A stretch of DNA of 64,000 bases from Utricularia gibba (lineage: Eukaryota > Plantae > Magnoliophyta): contig NEEC01000007.1 of assembly GCA_002189035.1 (NCBI GenBank), positions 372,001 to 436,000 of the forward strand, in the 5' to 3' direction. The stretch's first letter is position 1. Each line of letters begins with the position of its first letter. The notes under the pieces are model-generated. The model was not told the DNA's origin, searched no databases, and was given only the letters and a program-made list of their open reading frames with translations. Positions 41,128 to 53,603 of the stretch are shown here, piece by piece. A program made the position numbers and the translations under genes.

Positions 41128-42049
41128 ATGAACGGGGATCGAACGCATTTGGATCCCGAACCAGGGCCAAGTCGAACAAATACAAGACAGCAATATGATG
41201 ATTCTGCGCTACGAGGTGATGTGCTTCTTCGTTTGGTTTGCAAACATGGTAGAATAGATAGATGGCATATGAGACGTTTGTGATCAGGGGTGGCTGCAAA
41301 TGTAAAGCTGCTACTAAAGCTTATACAAGAGCATAAAGAAGCATGCGACAGGGGGGAGCAATGACCGGCGAAGGATGCTACGGGTGGCTACCATGATGAC
41401 AATCCTAGGCAATGTGGGGGTGAGAATCCAGAAATGCCAATCATTTGGCAACAAACGACCTTCTGAGCTAAGGCGATGCGACACCAATGTCGGAACCAGC
41501 CATAGCTCAACGAGAACGATGACAGAAACAATGACGCATGACAAGGATGCGGTGAGAAGGGAGTTGAATGCAAGCTTGGCAGCAAGGAAAAGCCTAGAGA
41601 TCATGTGCTCCAGTTTGGGAAGGGAGAAGGAGATAATGGCTGTGGAACTCTCAAGGAAGGAGCAGCAATTGAGTGGAATGGAGGAGCATATCAATGACCT
41701 CAAGGAGCAAAGCAAAATGTTGCAAGAAAAACTAGGATCATGTAGGAAAGGCAGTGTTGATATAAACATGGAATCTGAAAGCTGCACAGACTTGAAAGAG
41801 CAGAACAAAGTTCTCAAAGAACAACTTCTCCGATCGATTCGTGGGTACAAGTTAATGAGGAGAAAGCTCAAGGAAGTAGAACAATAGAGTGTGGTGATGC
41901 GCAGCACATTGGGAGCAAAAGTTGAGAAAGGCCTAGGAAGGGTTCAAAGCTTCAAAGATAGCTAACAGTTGCGCAAGGAAAGCATGTCTAAAGTGGATGA
42001 TGTTCAAGAGGATATGGTTGCTTTGGAAAACATGCTTCAAAGAATTTAA
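41128..42049 (+). pseudogene. Pseudogene of a plant coiled-coil protein (At1g30050/At2g34580-like, tropomyosin-related)
   Basis: Putative exon 41128-41215 and intron 41216-41287, then GVAANVKLLLKLIQEHKEAC; frameshift in the G6 run 41351-41356; RRELNASLAARKSLEIMCSSLGREKEIMAVELSRK; in-frame stops TAG 41885, TAA 41963 and TAA 42047. Confidence 0.7.
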
Positions 42050-42377
42050 AGGAAGGCGCGAGTGGATGACACAAAAGCAAGATTAGGGAGGGTTCCAAGA
42101 TGTTTCATGCACCTCATTAGCATAACTGCATACAAACAGTATATTTCACTTAAAACACAGCTACAGAATGAATAACACAAAAGCAATGATCAAAATAGAC
42201 GAAATATTCACATGAAAAAAAACATGCTTCAAATGTACAAATATAACTACTAAAAAAGCAGTGGCATAAATAGTGTATAATTCGTGGCTACATCAAAAGG
42301 ATAACGAAGAATGATGCTTGGGTACCTGAAGAACATTCTAATATTGACAAAAAAAGTCACTGAGCAAATGATCATTC

Positions 42378-45300
42378 CTACATGTCCTGCAATCGATAAC
42401 CTGCCATGGAATTCAGAATCCACTGATTGCTTGCAAGATGTGCTCCGGTAGACCGAGCTAAAGCTTCTGCCTGAACACGCTTGTCAAGAGTTTCAATGTT
42501 GTAAACTATGTATGTCGACGCAGCATCATCTCCTCCAACAGGTTCCCTGCTCAGGATTTTTCCTCCAGCAGCCATCACTAGGTCGTGAAGGAATTCCTTG
42601 TACGAGGAGGAAAACTCGCCCATAACAAAGAATTGATATCCTTGAAAGATTCTTGCTTGCTACAAGCCATACAATAGAATGACATTAAATTTCCAAAACC
42701 TTGAGGGGAATTCAGGGGAAAAAGCTGTTCAAAGTTGCTTCATTTGATATGAAATTCTTCTTTTAATAACTACAGTAGTGTGCAGTGCTTTCTAGGTGAT
42801 CATTTCCCCAAGTTAAGAACTTCAAACATTAGCAATACCCCATTTCCAATTTTATGATTAATACTCATAATCAAAAGCCTTATACTCAGAGTCCATAATT
42901 AGACGAGAAAACCACCTTTTCCATAAGCCTTGATCTTCCAAGCCTGGGTCCGTCCCGGATTCCATGAACGTCAAGAGAAACCTCGTAAGGATGCTCATCA
43001 ACTAAATCGCCTGCATCCATGCAAGCTCTTATCCCTGCAACACATTTGGCATCAGTCGAGGTGAAATTGAGACCGCTTCAACGAAAAGGAGAATAAAGGA
43101 GAACTTTAGGGCTCGATGATAAGAAAGGCCATATGCAGCGATTATTAAAAACTCACATTCAACCCCCAAAACCCATTTTCCTTCCAAGATTCCCATTAGA
43201 AATTTGAGGGTCCGTCTGCATGCTCCGTTCTCATCTCTAGATGCAATAACATGTGTCACATTAGATTTCCAACTCTTCAGTATTCTTGCTCCTGACAAAC
43301 GCTCAAATTCATTGACAGTTTCCTGTTAAAACACAAAGCCGAAGAATCATTCTGTTCCGAAGATTCTCTATAAAAAACAAAAAATGAATATTTACCTTCT
43401 CTTCGTTGGTTAGACCGGAAAAGCAAAGGATCAAGCCCTTGAACTTGTTAGAGGTCCACTGGGACCCAAAACCTTCACTCTTCCGTACACTAGATTTTCT
43501 AACAGAACAAAGAAATGTCACTGTATGAGCCTAAAAGTTTCAAAGGCAACAAAAAAGTACAGATGCTAGTTAAACATCAGAGAACCTTTGGGTAGCCTGT
43601 TCTTTTCCATGGTTGATTTGAGATTGCTGCCCATCGCATGGAAGTTGGGAAGACGCATGAATTGGGCAAAGCATAACAAAGTTTTCCTGAAACATTTGAC
43701 AGACATTTTTTACTTCAATACTTTGAGAAACATGAACAAAATTAAGTTCCGCCAAAAAACATACATAATCCCACCGACAGTCGGGGTCAGTTTAGCACAC
43801 GGTACATGAAAGCTCCTCCTGCAGCTCTTTGCGTAACATCCGAGAGCAGCCCCTCTCAGACCACAGCAAGAGCACTTGATCCTTCTACTTCTTGACAACT
43901 CAGCTTCTAGGTTGACTACTTCGCCACCTTCAAAATATACATTAGGAGCCCTGACAAAAAAATTAGCTTGAGAATTAGATGCAGACATAACTAGCTATAA
44001 CTGAAAGAAGTATGAAAATAAATCCACACCATTCAGCACAACTTTTGTGCAAGTGGATAGCACTTCCTTCTTTGGTCTGATGATCCAGCAACTTTCCCAT
44101 TTTATAACACATCATAACGCCCGACACCTGTTTTTTTTTTCTTTTTTTGAAGTGCCAACTTTAACATTGAGAAAGAAAATGGGATAAAATGTGTAGTCTT
44201 GTACCTCTGTCACTTCAAAAGATTGACAAAAGGCGCAGCAGATTGTCTTAGCAGATGTGCTGCATTTAAGAAGCACAGGTTCTTTCAGACAGAAAGTTGC
44301 TTGATCCACGTTTGGAACTTCTGCTTTTGATTGTTTTTCATCTCTCTCACTCTCTCCGATTATTTCACAAGCCTCCAATGTCTTCAGAATTCTTCTATTC
44401 CTGCATTTCATCATACCATTTCTTTGACTTCCCCCACGCTTATTTCTTGTGACGAGGATAGTGGCTGATTCAGATTCCTTTCTGTTCCCTACAGCCTCTG
44501 TGCAGTCAAATACGCCTGCAACATTTCCATCTGGGGATGAAGTGTCAAGACGGGCGTTTTTCGTATTCCCACAGCTTCTCTTAAATGCTGAGTTTTCAAT
44601 CGTTTTCTCTTGCATGCCTTGATGGTTTACTTTATCTGTTTCACCGTGCGGCTTAACATCCACAGCAATGTTCTTAGCTCTTTTGCTTCTTCTTGTCTCG
44701 GTTACACCACTGTCCATGTTCTCAGATATTTTCGCCATAGGGGATGTTGTGCCGCCCATCTTTTGCTTGCTTTGGCTCCTCCTTTTTCTGCTGTATATCT
44801 GCAGGTTTTTTTCTGCTTCAGCAGAAGAAGACTTAAACTTTCCGGAAGTGCAGTTTTCTTCGACCAAATCTTCGAACTACTCCCCAAAAGAAAATGATTA
44901 CTGTTAAATGATATTGAGAAATCATATCAAAATATAGAATTCTTATGCTTCTTCATTGCAAAGAACTCACCTGTAAGGCCAGTGGGCTTGAACAAAGCTC
45001 TGGAGAGCAAGGCCTTTGTGTCCAGTCGAACATTTCACTATCGTCCTACCATAAAAAGAAAAAAAGAACCTTTAAAACTTTCAAGCCTTAAAGTGGGAAA
45101 CCTTAAAATATGGCAAATTTTTATGGGAACATAAACGATAACATACCATCAGGCTAGCCTTAGGGACATCATCATCCAAGTCCTTGATGTCACGAAAGTT
45201 AGGAACTTCAGGTGGTGTATACATCGGCGTACTTTCATCGGTCTCCGTACTTGATTTTTCCGGATCATCATTACCCCCTAAAGAGAAAAATGGAGTAAAA

Positions 45301-46227
45301 CTTCGTTTCTGTGGTTGAAGTTTTTCTTCAGCGATACCAATAGTTTCACAGCCGTCCGTCTTTTCTTGTACAATCCCATGCCCAGAATATACACGTTCTG
45401 GGACTTGAACCCTTTTCTTTACAGGATATGAAGGTTTTTCAGAGTGCCGGGATGATCCCTGATGATTAAATAATTCACCCGCATATCCTTCCCTTGCACT
45501 CTTTTCAGAAAACCAAGCTGTAGTACTTGTTTTGAGATTGTTTCTGGGATCATCATTGTCATCACAGGCCAGCTTTACCTCTCCTGTGCACAAAGAAAAC
45601 AACGCCATGAATGCCAATGTTTGATCATAGGGAGTAATTACGCCGCTTGGATTTAACCACAGTACCCATTACAGGTATTGAGGAAGAAGCTACTTCCTGC
45701 GATACAAGAATCTTGGCACCAGACGACGTTTTCATACTTTTGTACACGGTAACCAAGTTGTTCATATTCGGAGAAGGACGAATTTCTGCTTAAAGAAGCC
45801 GGATAACCTGAATTAACATCGCTGTCATAATTCAAACAAAATAGCTGTTCAACCATCATCCAGTACCTCTGCGCCTGTAAGGCATTTTACAAACTGGACA
45901 GAGCGACGAGGATCTCAACGATTTCTCCAAACACGAACTGCATATAAAAGTATTACAAAAAGAAGAAAAAAAAAGGGGTCAATATAACCAGTTAAGCAGA
46001 TGCACGATCGAAAGTACTGGCGACACATCGATTACTTGCAGAACACATGATTGCAGGTGAGTGCCACCGCAGAATTCAAGAGGCTCAAGCTGTTAATAAC
46101 AATCAAAAATCTCATCAATTTCTTAACACGATTCATCTCGGAAAAGAAGCAGTGAAACAACAAAAAATCACCATATCGGACACTTGAGCTCCCTTCCCAT
46201 CCTCTCCAGATGCGAAACGGCCGCCAT
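42378..46227 (-). CDS. BRCA1: BRCA1 ortholog (RING, PHD-like, tandem BRCT); 1-nt deletion at 43783-43786
   Basis: MAAVSHLERMGRELKCPIC|LSLLNSAVALTCNHVFCN|SCLEKS...CPVCKMPY (RING); FDWTQRPCSPEL; HLHKSCAEW|APNVYF...KCSCCGLRGAALGC; BRCT motifs VTHVIAS...CRRTLKFLMGILEGKW and WILNSMAGY. Confidence 0.93.
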
Positions 46228-46347
46228 TCTTTCCTATTCGCAGAAACTTTCGCAATGCGCTTTCTACAATGCTATGAAATGCAAACAATCCGAGAATGAG
46301 AGAATTCAAATCGAAGTGCGCGCTTATTTTCAGATATTTCAATTTAA

Positions 46348-46355
46348 GCGCCAAA
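46348..46355 (-). promoter_or_regulatory. E2F/DP binding site candidate upstream of BRCA1
   Basis: Minus-strand TTTGGCGC matches the TTTSSCGS consensus, about 120 nt upstream of the BRCA1 ATG. Motif match only. Confidence 0.5.
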
Positions 46356-46402
46356 ATATATAACGAGGATTCAGATACTTCCCTCGCATATCAAAACTCT
46401 TT

Positions 46403-46518
46403 GGGCCAGGCCCACTTGCGTTATGCAGTGAGACGCGGCCCCAAAAATAGGTATTGGGGCCATATCTGTACTGTAGGCCCCAATGGATCCGGCTCACTGA
46501 TATCTGATCAAGCCCATT
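46403..46518. promoter_or_regulatory. Site II (TCP-type) motif cluster in the shared BRCA1/PPR upstream region
   Basis: TGGGCC and GGCCCA at 46404-46416, AGCCCA at about 46512, plus several GGCCCC variants within about 115 nt. Confidence 0.45.
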
Positions 46519-47032
46519 TAAAAGTTCAAATTAGGGCGGAGATTATTTTCTCGCCTTCTTCGGGCAAAGAACTGCATTTGGGTACGAAGGTTGCACTGAG
46601 CGAGCTTATAACAATGGGCGTTCTTTGATTTGATGCAATTTGATGGTATGCTGCAGCTTGAGGTGTAATTTTGTGTGGTTAGAAATGCTTAGTTTTTTTA
46701 ATGATTATTGTACTGTTCATTCACTGATTGGAGCTTCATGATGCTAGTTTTTTCATGAGGTTTATACCAGTGATAAAAGCGATATCTGAGTCAGGAAAGG
46801 TATGCTTCTGACCTTGGATTGGTCAGTGGTGGGAATGTTTTCAGATGACATTGGGCTTATTCTGGTCCAAGTTTTTTTTAACTAGATACATTGAGATTTA
46901 TTGTGTCTTGGTTCAGTCGGAGTATTTAGACATCCCTTTGTTTCTTGTGTAGAATTCTTCTGTTATTTCAAGTAATTTTTTTTTTCTCATGAGGTTTATA
47001 CCAGCGATAAATGTCGTGTTGTTTTGTAGTAA

Positions 47033-49333
47033 ATGATTCTTGCAAGAAGAACGAGCCATTGGGCAAGCGTCAATGTTCTTTTTTTTAATTCGCTATGTAA
47101 GACATCCAAAATTTCCCAAGGGGCTACATTCCAAAGGTAGTGTTTGACATGTTTCTGCAGCAGGAAAGGTTTCACGTTATATTTATTTAGCTTGAATACC
47201 TTTTTCAGTTTCTCGAGTGTGGCTGGGACAGTCCTAGTTCAAGCTCGAGACATTGGTAAACTTCATGAGGATTTGGAAATTGCAATCAATGAGCATAGGA
47301 TAACAGATGCCTGGGAATTGCATGAGAAGCACATGAGGGTAGAAGGCTTTCTAAGGAAAACAACAACTTGCAAGTTGATTGCGAGGCTGGTGGAGACTTC
47401 AGATGTTCAGTGGCTTGAGAAAGCTTATGGTTTGGTCAATACAGCATTTGAGGATCATAAACAAACCCTTTTTGATAGGGATATTTTGATGTATCTATCT
47501 TTGGGGCTTGCGAAATGTGGACTTCCAATACCAGCGGCCATACTCTTAAGGAGATTAATTCAGATGGAACAGTACCCTCCTGTCACCGTTTGGTCAGTTA
47601 TTATAGCTTTTATGTCACAGGGTTCATCAGGATCCTACGTCGCAGCTGATTTGGTTTATGAGATTGGTTACCTGTTCCAGGATGGAAGAATTGATTCCCG
47701 AAAGAAGTGTAATAGGCCCTTGATTGCAATGAAACCTAATGCAATGGCTTTTAACATTGCTTTAGCTGGTTGCCTCCTCTTTGGCACGACCAGAAAAGCA
47801 GAGTCTCTCCTCGAAATGATTCCCAGGATTAATCTCAAACCCGATGCCACAACATTACTTGTTATGGCTTGCATATATGAAAGAAATTGTCGCAGAGAAG
47901 ACCTGACTAAACTTAGAAGGCATGTTGAGGAAGTTCACAACGTAAATGCTCTTCAACTTCGTCAGTTCTACAACTGTCTTCTTTCTTGCCACTTCAAATT
48001 TGGGGACCTAGAGTCGGCAGCACGTATGATTCTTGAAATGCTTCAGAATGCAAAGAGGGCTGAAAATTCGGTTGCAGTGGCTAATTTAATATCTGAAGCT
48101 TATAACCAAGGTGATAAATTACCTATCCAATGTCTTTCAACGAATTCAGTGTGCGAATTGACGTTGGATAACTTTGAAAACCCTCCAATGATGTTAAATT
48201 ATGAAACATTTTGTCAAGATAGGAAATTCCTTATGCTTGAATCTGTGGGAAAGGAATTACTTGATGGCTTGATGTCCCAGTTACAGAAGCAAGTTGAGTT
48301 GATTACTACTGACAGAGGTATTATGAGGCCAACTGAGATAGCTCTCGTGAGGTTAGTAAAAGGTTTTTTAAAAGCTGGAAAAGCTAAGGATTTGGTGAAG
48401 TTTGCTACCAATATAGGGGATGAAGGTTGCCCTGTATCTGTTGGGAATTCGTTCCTGGCTGATATTATTAATGCTTGCATTTCCCTTGGTTGGCTGGACC
48501 ATGCATATGATCTTCTTGATGAAATGCGCTTAGCTGGAATTACCAGCAATGCCTTTCTGTACAATTCTCTTTTAGAAGCATATTACAGAGAAAATCGAAT
48601 GGGTGAAATAAAGTCGTTAGTGAGAGATGCTCGGAGGGCTGGTGTTCAGCTAGATGCAAACTCATACAAATTTTTACTCCACTCTCGGGTGCTTGAACAA
48701 GACACTGTCGGTGCCCTAGAGGTGTTCAAGGAGATGAAAGAGGCCAAATTACTTAGTGGTGGCAATGAGGAACACGGTCGCTTACAACGTCCAACAGAAG
48801 GTGAACAAGCAAGTCTGATGTCGAAGCTCTTGGAAGAAATAAAGGAAGGACAAAACATGGACTCTGGTATTACTGAATGGAACAACATTATCCATTTTTT
48901 CTGCAAAAAACGACTAATGTCAGATGCTGAGAAGGCTCTAAAGAAGATGAGGAGTTTAGGCCATACTCCGAATGCACAGACATTTCATTCCCTTGTAACC
49001 GGATATGCTTCTTCATGGGGGAAATATACTGAGGTAACAGAACTATGGGGTCAGATGAAGTCTATTGCTTCTTCCAGCGGAATGAAACTTGATGCTGAAC
49101 TTTTAGACTCAGTTCTTTTTACTTTTGTTAGGGGTGGTTTTTTTGTTCGTGCAAATGAAGTAGTGGAAATGATAGAGAATGGTACAATGTTCATAGATAA
49201 GTACCGGTACCGAAGTCTTTATCTGAAGTACCACAAAACACTCTACAAAGGTAAGACTCCAAAGTTTGAGACGGAGTCACAATTGAGAAAAAGAGAAGCT
49301 GCACTGGCATTCAAAAAATGGGTGGGCTTGTAA
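47033..49333 (+). CDS. Mitochondrial P-class pentatricopeptide repeat protein (At1g03100-like), 2 coding exons
   Basis: ATG at 47033 (MILARRTSHWASVNVLFFNSLCKTSK, transit-peptide-like); intron 47137-47208 splices in frame to FSSVAGTVLVQARD; PPR motifs; C-terminus KYHKTLYKGKTPKFETESQLRKREAALAFKKWVGL. Confidence 0.9.
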
Positions 49334-49649
49334 TGCATGTTGTCAACATCATGCGTATTCCAGGCTGCTTCTGTTGAATCCTGATCTGTGTAATGGCCTG
49401 TCAAGCATGTGTCATTTTATTTCCTACTGGAAAGGATCAAGATTTTCCTGATGCTCTGAACAAGTTTACTCTTGAGCTCAGGATATTAACTGGGGTGCAA
49501 GTTAAAAGAGTGATGAAAGGCAGCAAATTTGAGGCGCTGGAATGAAATAGATAGTAGAACCAGTTTCTACACCGGCTATACAAGTGGGGGTGCAAGTTTT
49601 GAGGATCAAACACTTCAGGATCGATGTATCATTGGCCTTGAAAAACCTA

Positions 49650-52036
49650 TTACCAGCCACAGCAAATGTAAGGAAAAGATGGTAGTGTGCCTGTTTGGCG
49701 AATGTACTCTGCCTGAGCTTTGGTTTTCTCAGCCAATTTGTTCTTTTTCGCCTCTGCAGCCATACGTTTTTCCTCGGATTTCTGCCGTGCTAATGCTATC
49801 CTTTTCACCATCTTTGCTTGAGCTTGGGCTCTTAGTTGCTCGATATGTACCTGGAAATTGAAGGCCACCAGGTAATTGTTTTTCGAATTGTACTCGAGGA
49901 AGTGTAATAGGATCAGGGAAAAAGATGGAAGATTCTAACCTCTATTTTCCTCATATCAGATTCAAGTTTTGCTTTCTGCCGACCTTCCCATGCTTGAATT
50001 CGGATATCTTCTCGTTTAAACCTGAAAGTGGAAGGTTCTGGTTAAAGGCTGCATTTGCTGAAGGTAAGGATGGTGAGTTAAAACACTCGATGAGTAATTC
50101 CAAAAAAAAAAAAAAAGAACCTAGAAGATGAACTGCAAGACTAACCTAGCTGCATATTTTGCTCTTTCAGCTTCTTCCCATGCAGCAGCACGTTTTGCAT
50201 ATTCAGCGCATTCATTCTCGTCACCTGCATTCTCACTTCCAGAAACATTCTTGTCCTTCTCATTCTTGCTTGCCCACGCTGCAATATTCAGCTTACCTAG
50301 TTGAACTCCAAGGGCCATTATCTCCTTTCGGGTTTTCATCTTCAGCTCCTGCTCAGACATGTCTTTCTTCCCTGTCTCGCCCGAGTTTTGGGTTGGGTTG
50401 CTGCTAATACAGAGTTCGGTAGGAGTTGGTGCGGGCTCTCCTCTGCGAGGAGTCGATGGCATAGATGAAGTTGGACTTCGGAGTGGAGTCGTTGCACTTA
50501 GCGGGGTAGCAGTTCTTGAAGGTTCTTGGCTTGGTATTGGCGTCATCTCAGTTCCCATATCTCTCATTGAAACAGATCTCACCATTGGAACCCCTGCAAA
50601 AACCATCATGATGAGGTGAATTTACACAGATCTAGTTTCGACTCCTCGATGAAATATTCAAGAGAAGGCAACAACAGTCACCTTTGTTTTCTTCGGTCAC
50701 ACTTAAATCCTTGCTCCCCGTGCACAAATCAGTGAAGGCAATTTGTCCACTTGCTTGCCCTGAAGCTGGACCAGCTTCATGAGAAAGAAGCCCGGATCTC
50801 AAAGTAGCCGTCTGCGGCGCTGGCTGAACAAACTCCACACTTTTCACCAACGCCTTGTTCTCAGAAATAACTGCCTCGGGAGCCACCTTCACTACATTAG
50901 ACGTAGATGCCCAGCTTCCCCGATTCTGCTGCACGTTGCTTTTCTTCCCCAGACTCCCTTGGGCGCTCTGTTTGTTCATGATCCACTTCTCAGCATCATT
51001 CCATTTCGATGGCATCGGCCTCGCCAACGTCCGTGCCACAGATTGGTGCAGCGATCTCTCTCCTTTATGAAACTCGAAGCTGGATGTGCTATCATAATCC
51101 AGATTCTCATCTTCATACCGATGCGAATCGGCAGGATCGGCCTTGGAGTAGCCATGTTGCCCTTGTAACGTTCTTAGCCGCCCCGCCGCGTCGGAAATCT
51201 CACTCAGAACAAGGCCGTCTGTCTTCGGCTGCTGCGGTAATAAATTCGCACTACCTCCTTGGTTGCTCTCTGATACAGCAGAATCTGATTTGGTAGGCGG
51301 ATCCTCAGCAGGTGAAGCTACTGCATCAACAGATCGCAGATTTGAAAATCAGTCTGCAGAATCTTTAATATCATCACCGAATTCACGCAATAATTCAACT
51401 TCTTCCACCCCGTTCGGGTGAAGTAAATGCCGAGTTCTGGAGGAAAAAGCCACGATACAAGGAGCAGAAAGGGATACGAAATATCGGCAGTCATATCATT
51501 ACTCCAAACTATTCGAGTCACAGAAGAGGAACCAATAGCAACCGTTGGATGCAGATTTCAAGGCCCGTTGGCGTTCATGAATCGACGGCATTAATACGGA
51601 CACGGGAATGGAAAGAATGAATGCATAGAAAATAAAATAATACTCAGAATTCGCCGACCTCGTGAATCAAAATCTCCGTCTGGAGAAGATAGCAGCAAGC
51701 TGTTCTTGACGAACTCCGAATCCTCCATTCGCGAAGGAGATGTCCTCGGAGAGTTGCTTGTTGATCCGTCTTTCTTCTTCGCTCCTAGGAGCCGCATCCT
51801 CAGCTTGCTTGGCGATAAAATACCAGTCTGCAGAGGGAACAGCAGAACAAATACATCCGACGATTTTCACACAAATCGAGCGAAGAACCCAAACGAATCG
51901 ATCCAATGAGGAAGGAGATCAGATCAGGTTTGGGAAAAAAAAAAGAGCATAAACCGAGAAACAGCGTGCGCTATCTATCTATTCCGAGAAGAATAGGAGT
52001 CCGAACCTGAACTTTGTGTATCCTCTCGTACTCCAT
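49650..52036 (-). CDS. Remorin, group 6 (At1g30320-like)
   Basis: MEYERIHKVQ|TGILSPSKLRMRLLG...DENLDYD...RPMPSKWNDAEKWI...RSVSMRDMGTEMTPIPSQEPSRT...AWEEAERAKYAAR|FKREDIRIQAWE...YICCGW* (Remorin_C with Cys-containing anchor). Confidence 0.92.
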
Positions 52037-53603
52037 TGGCGGGGCTGCGCAACGCACCTTGGTGGCCAATGCCCTAAGTTTCTCTTTCTAACATCGTCAA
52101 GAGAGAGACGACAGAATCTTTGAACAGAAATCGAAACAGTGGAATTGGGAAGGTGAAAAGAGAGTGGAGAAGGCGCTGGGCACTGCAGTAGCCGCTTGTG
52201 GAGAAGCCAAAGCAAAGCCAACCCGCTCAGTACAGAGCTCTGTTCTGATTTTACAGAAGCAGGAGAGAGAGAGACAAAAAACAATTAAAAAATAATAAAA
52301 ACCGGAGTCTCCATAGGGTTAATTTTTTTAACCATTTTTACCCATTGCCCTTAAAATATTCTAAGAAATACAACATTTTTGTCGCCTTAATCTTGCATTA
52401 AAATAAAAAGACGTAAATGAAGGTCACGTAAGCGTACAATTAAAATGAGACACGTGTCGTGTACAGTTTAGGTATCTGATGTGTAGCCTCGCAGGCCCTG
52501 TCGGAAAACCTCATATTCTATAAATAAACACACAGAAAGAATAATTACAGACGTTAAATATTTTTTAATGCATAATGAATAATTTTTAATTTCAAGATAA
52601 ACTATTTTATTATTCTCATGGGATGGCAGTGGAATATTTAATTTTATTATTTTTTATTATTGCTGAAATCGATACACTGTCGGTCTCCTCTGATATCACA
52701 TACATCAATGAATATTATTTATTTATTTTTTGCTTTGTCCAATTGACCCACTTGGTACTTCCTCACAGTTCAAGGGAATAAGGGTAAAATGGTCACTGGA
52801 AAACACATTTATGTAATGTAATGAAGAGGGCACTTGATTCCAATGTTTGAAATAAATGAAGAAATTTAGGAAATATTTTTTATTTAAAAAATCGAAATCA
52901 TAAATTTTAGTTGGAATTTGTGTGGATACTGTGAAAGAGACAAAGTTCGATGCAATAATTGAGTCAATGCTCCTCCGGAGAAGAAGCAATATTCTGGTAA
53001 TCCTTCCAACAGTAGCTTTCTCCCCTTTTTCCCTTGACTGCCTGAAACCAACCGATTTTCAAATCATTTCGGAATTTCATATGTAACTTCTTTCACCAAA
53101 GAAGATGTCAATACATTGTGTTTTAAATTGATTTCGGAATCAAGATTCCAGTTTTTTGGTAACATGTTGGGAGCAAATGCAAATGAAGGCAATGTTTTCA
53201 AACAACTACCGAATTTGTCTGAAGAAAATCTGTCTGAGAGAACAAACAACTTGTCCCTCTTATGAAGGTGTAGGTGATGTGGCGGGGTATTCCCATTGTT
53301 GAGCAACAACTTGGATGCTCCAAGACTGCTCCTTTTTTCATGAAATAAGAGATCTTAAGCACGTCCTTTGGTGTCTTAAACACTGTTAAACCAGCACGGC
53401 ATTCCGCTTAGTTCTCTGATGTATTTAAGACTTGGGTATGATTAATTCAATTAGATTCAATCAAATGACAGTTGGAATGGTGGAATGCATCCCAAGATGG
53501 ATGACAATCAAACAGCAGTAGCTGTGAGTTATGAATCCTTCTTGGTATGGAGTATGATATTGATACCTGAAGAATCATGGAAGCTGGGGAGCTCACAAAA
53601 TGA

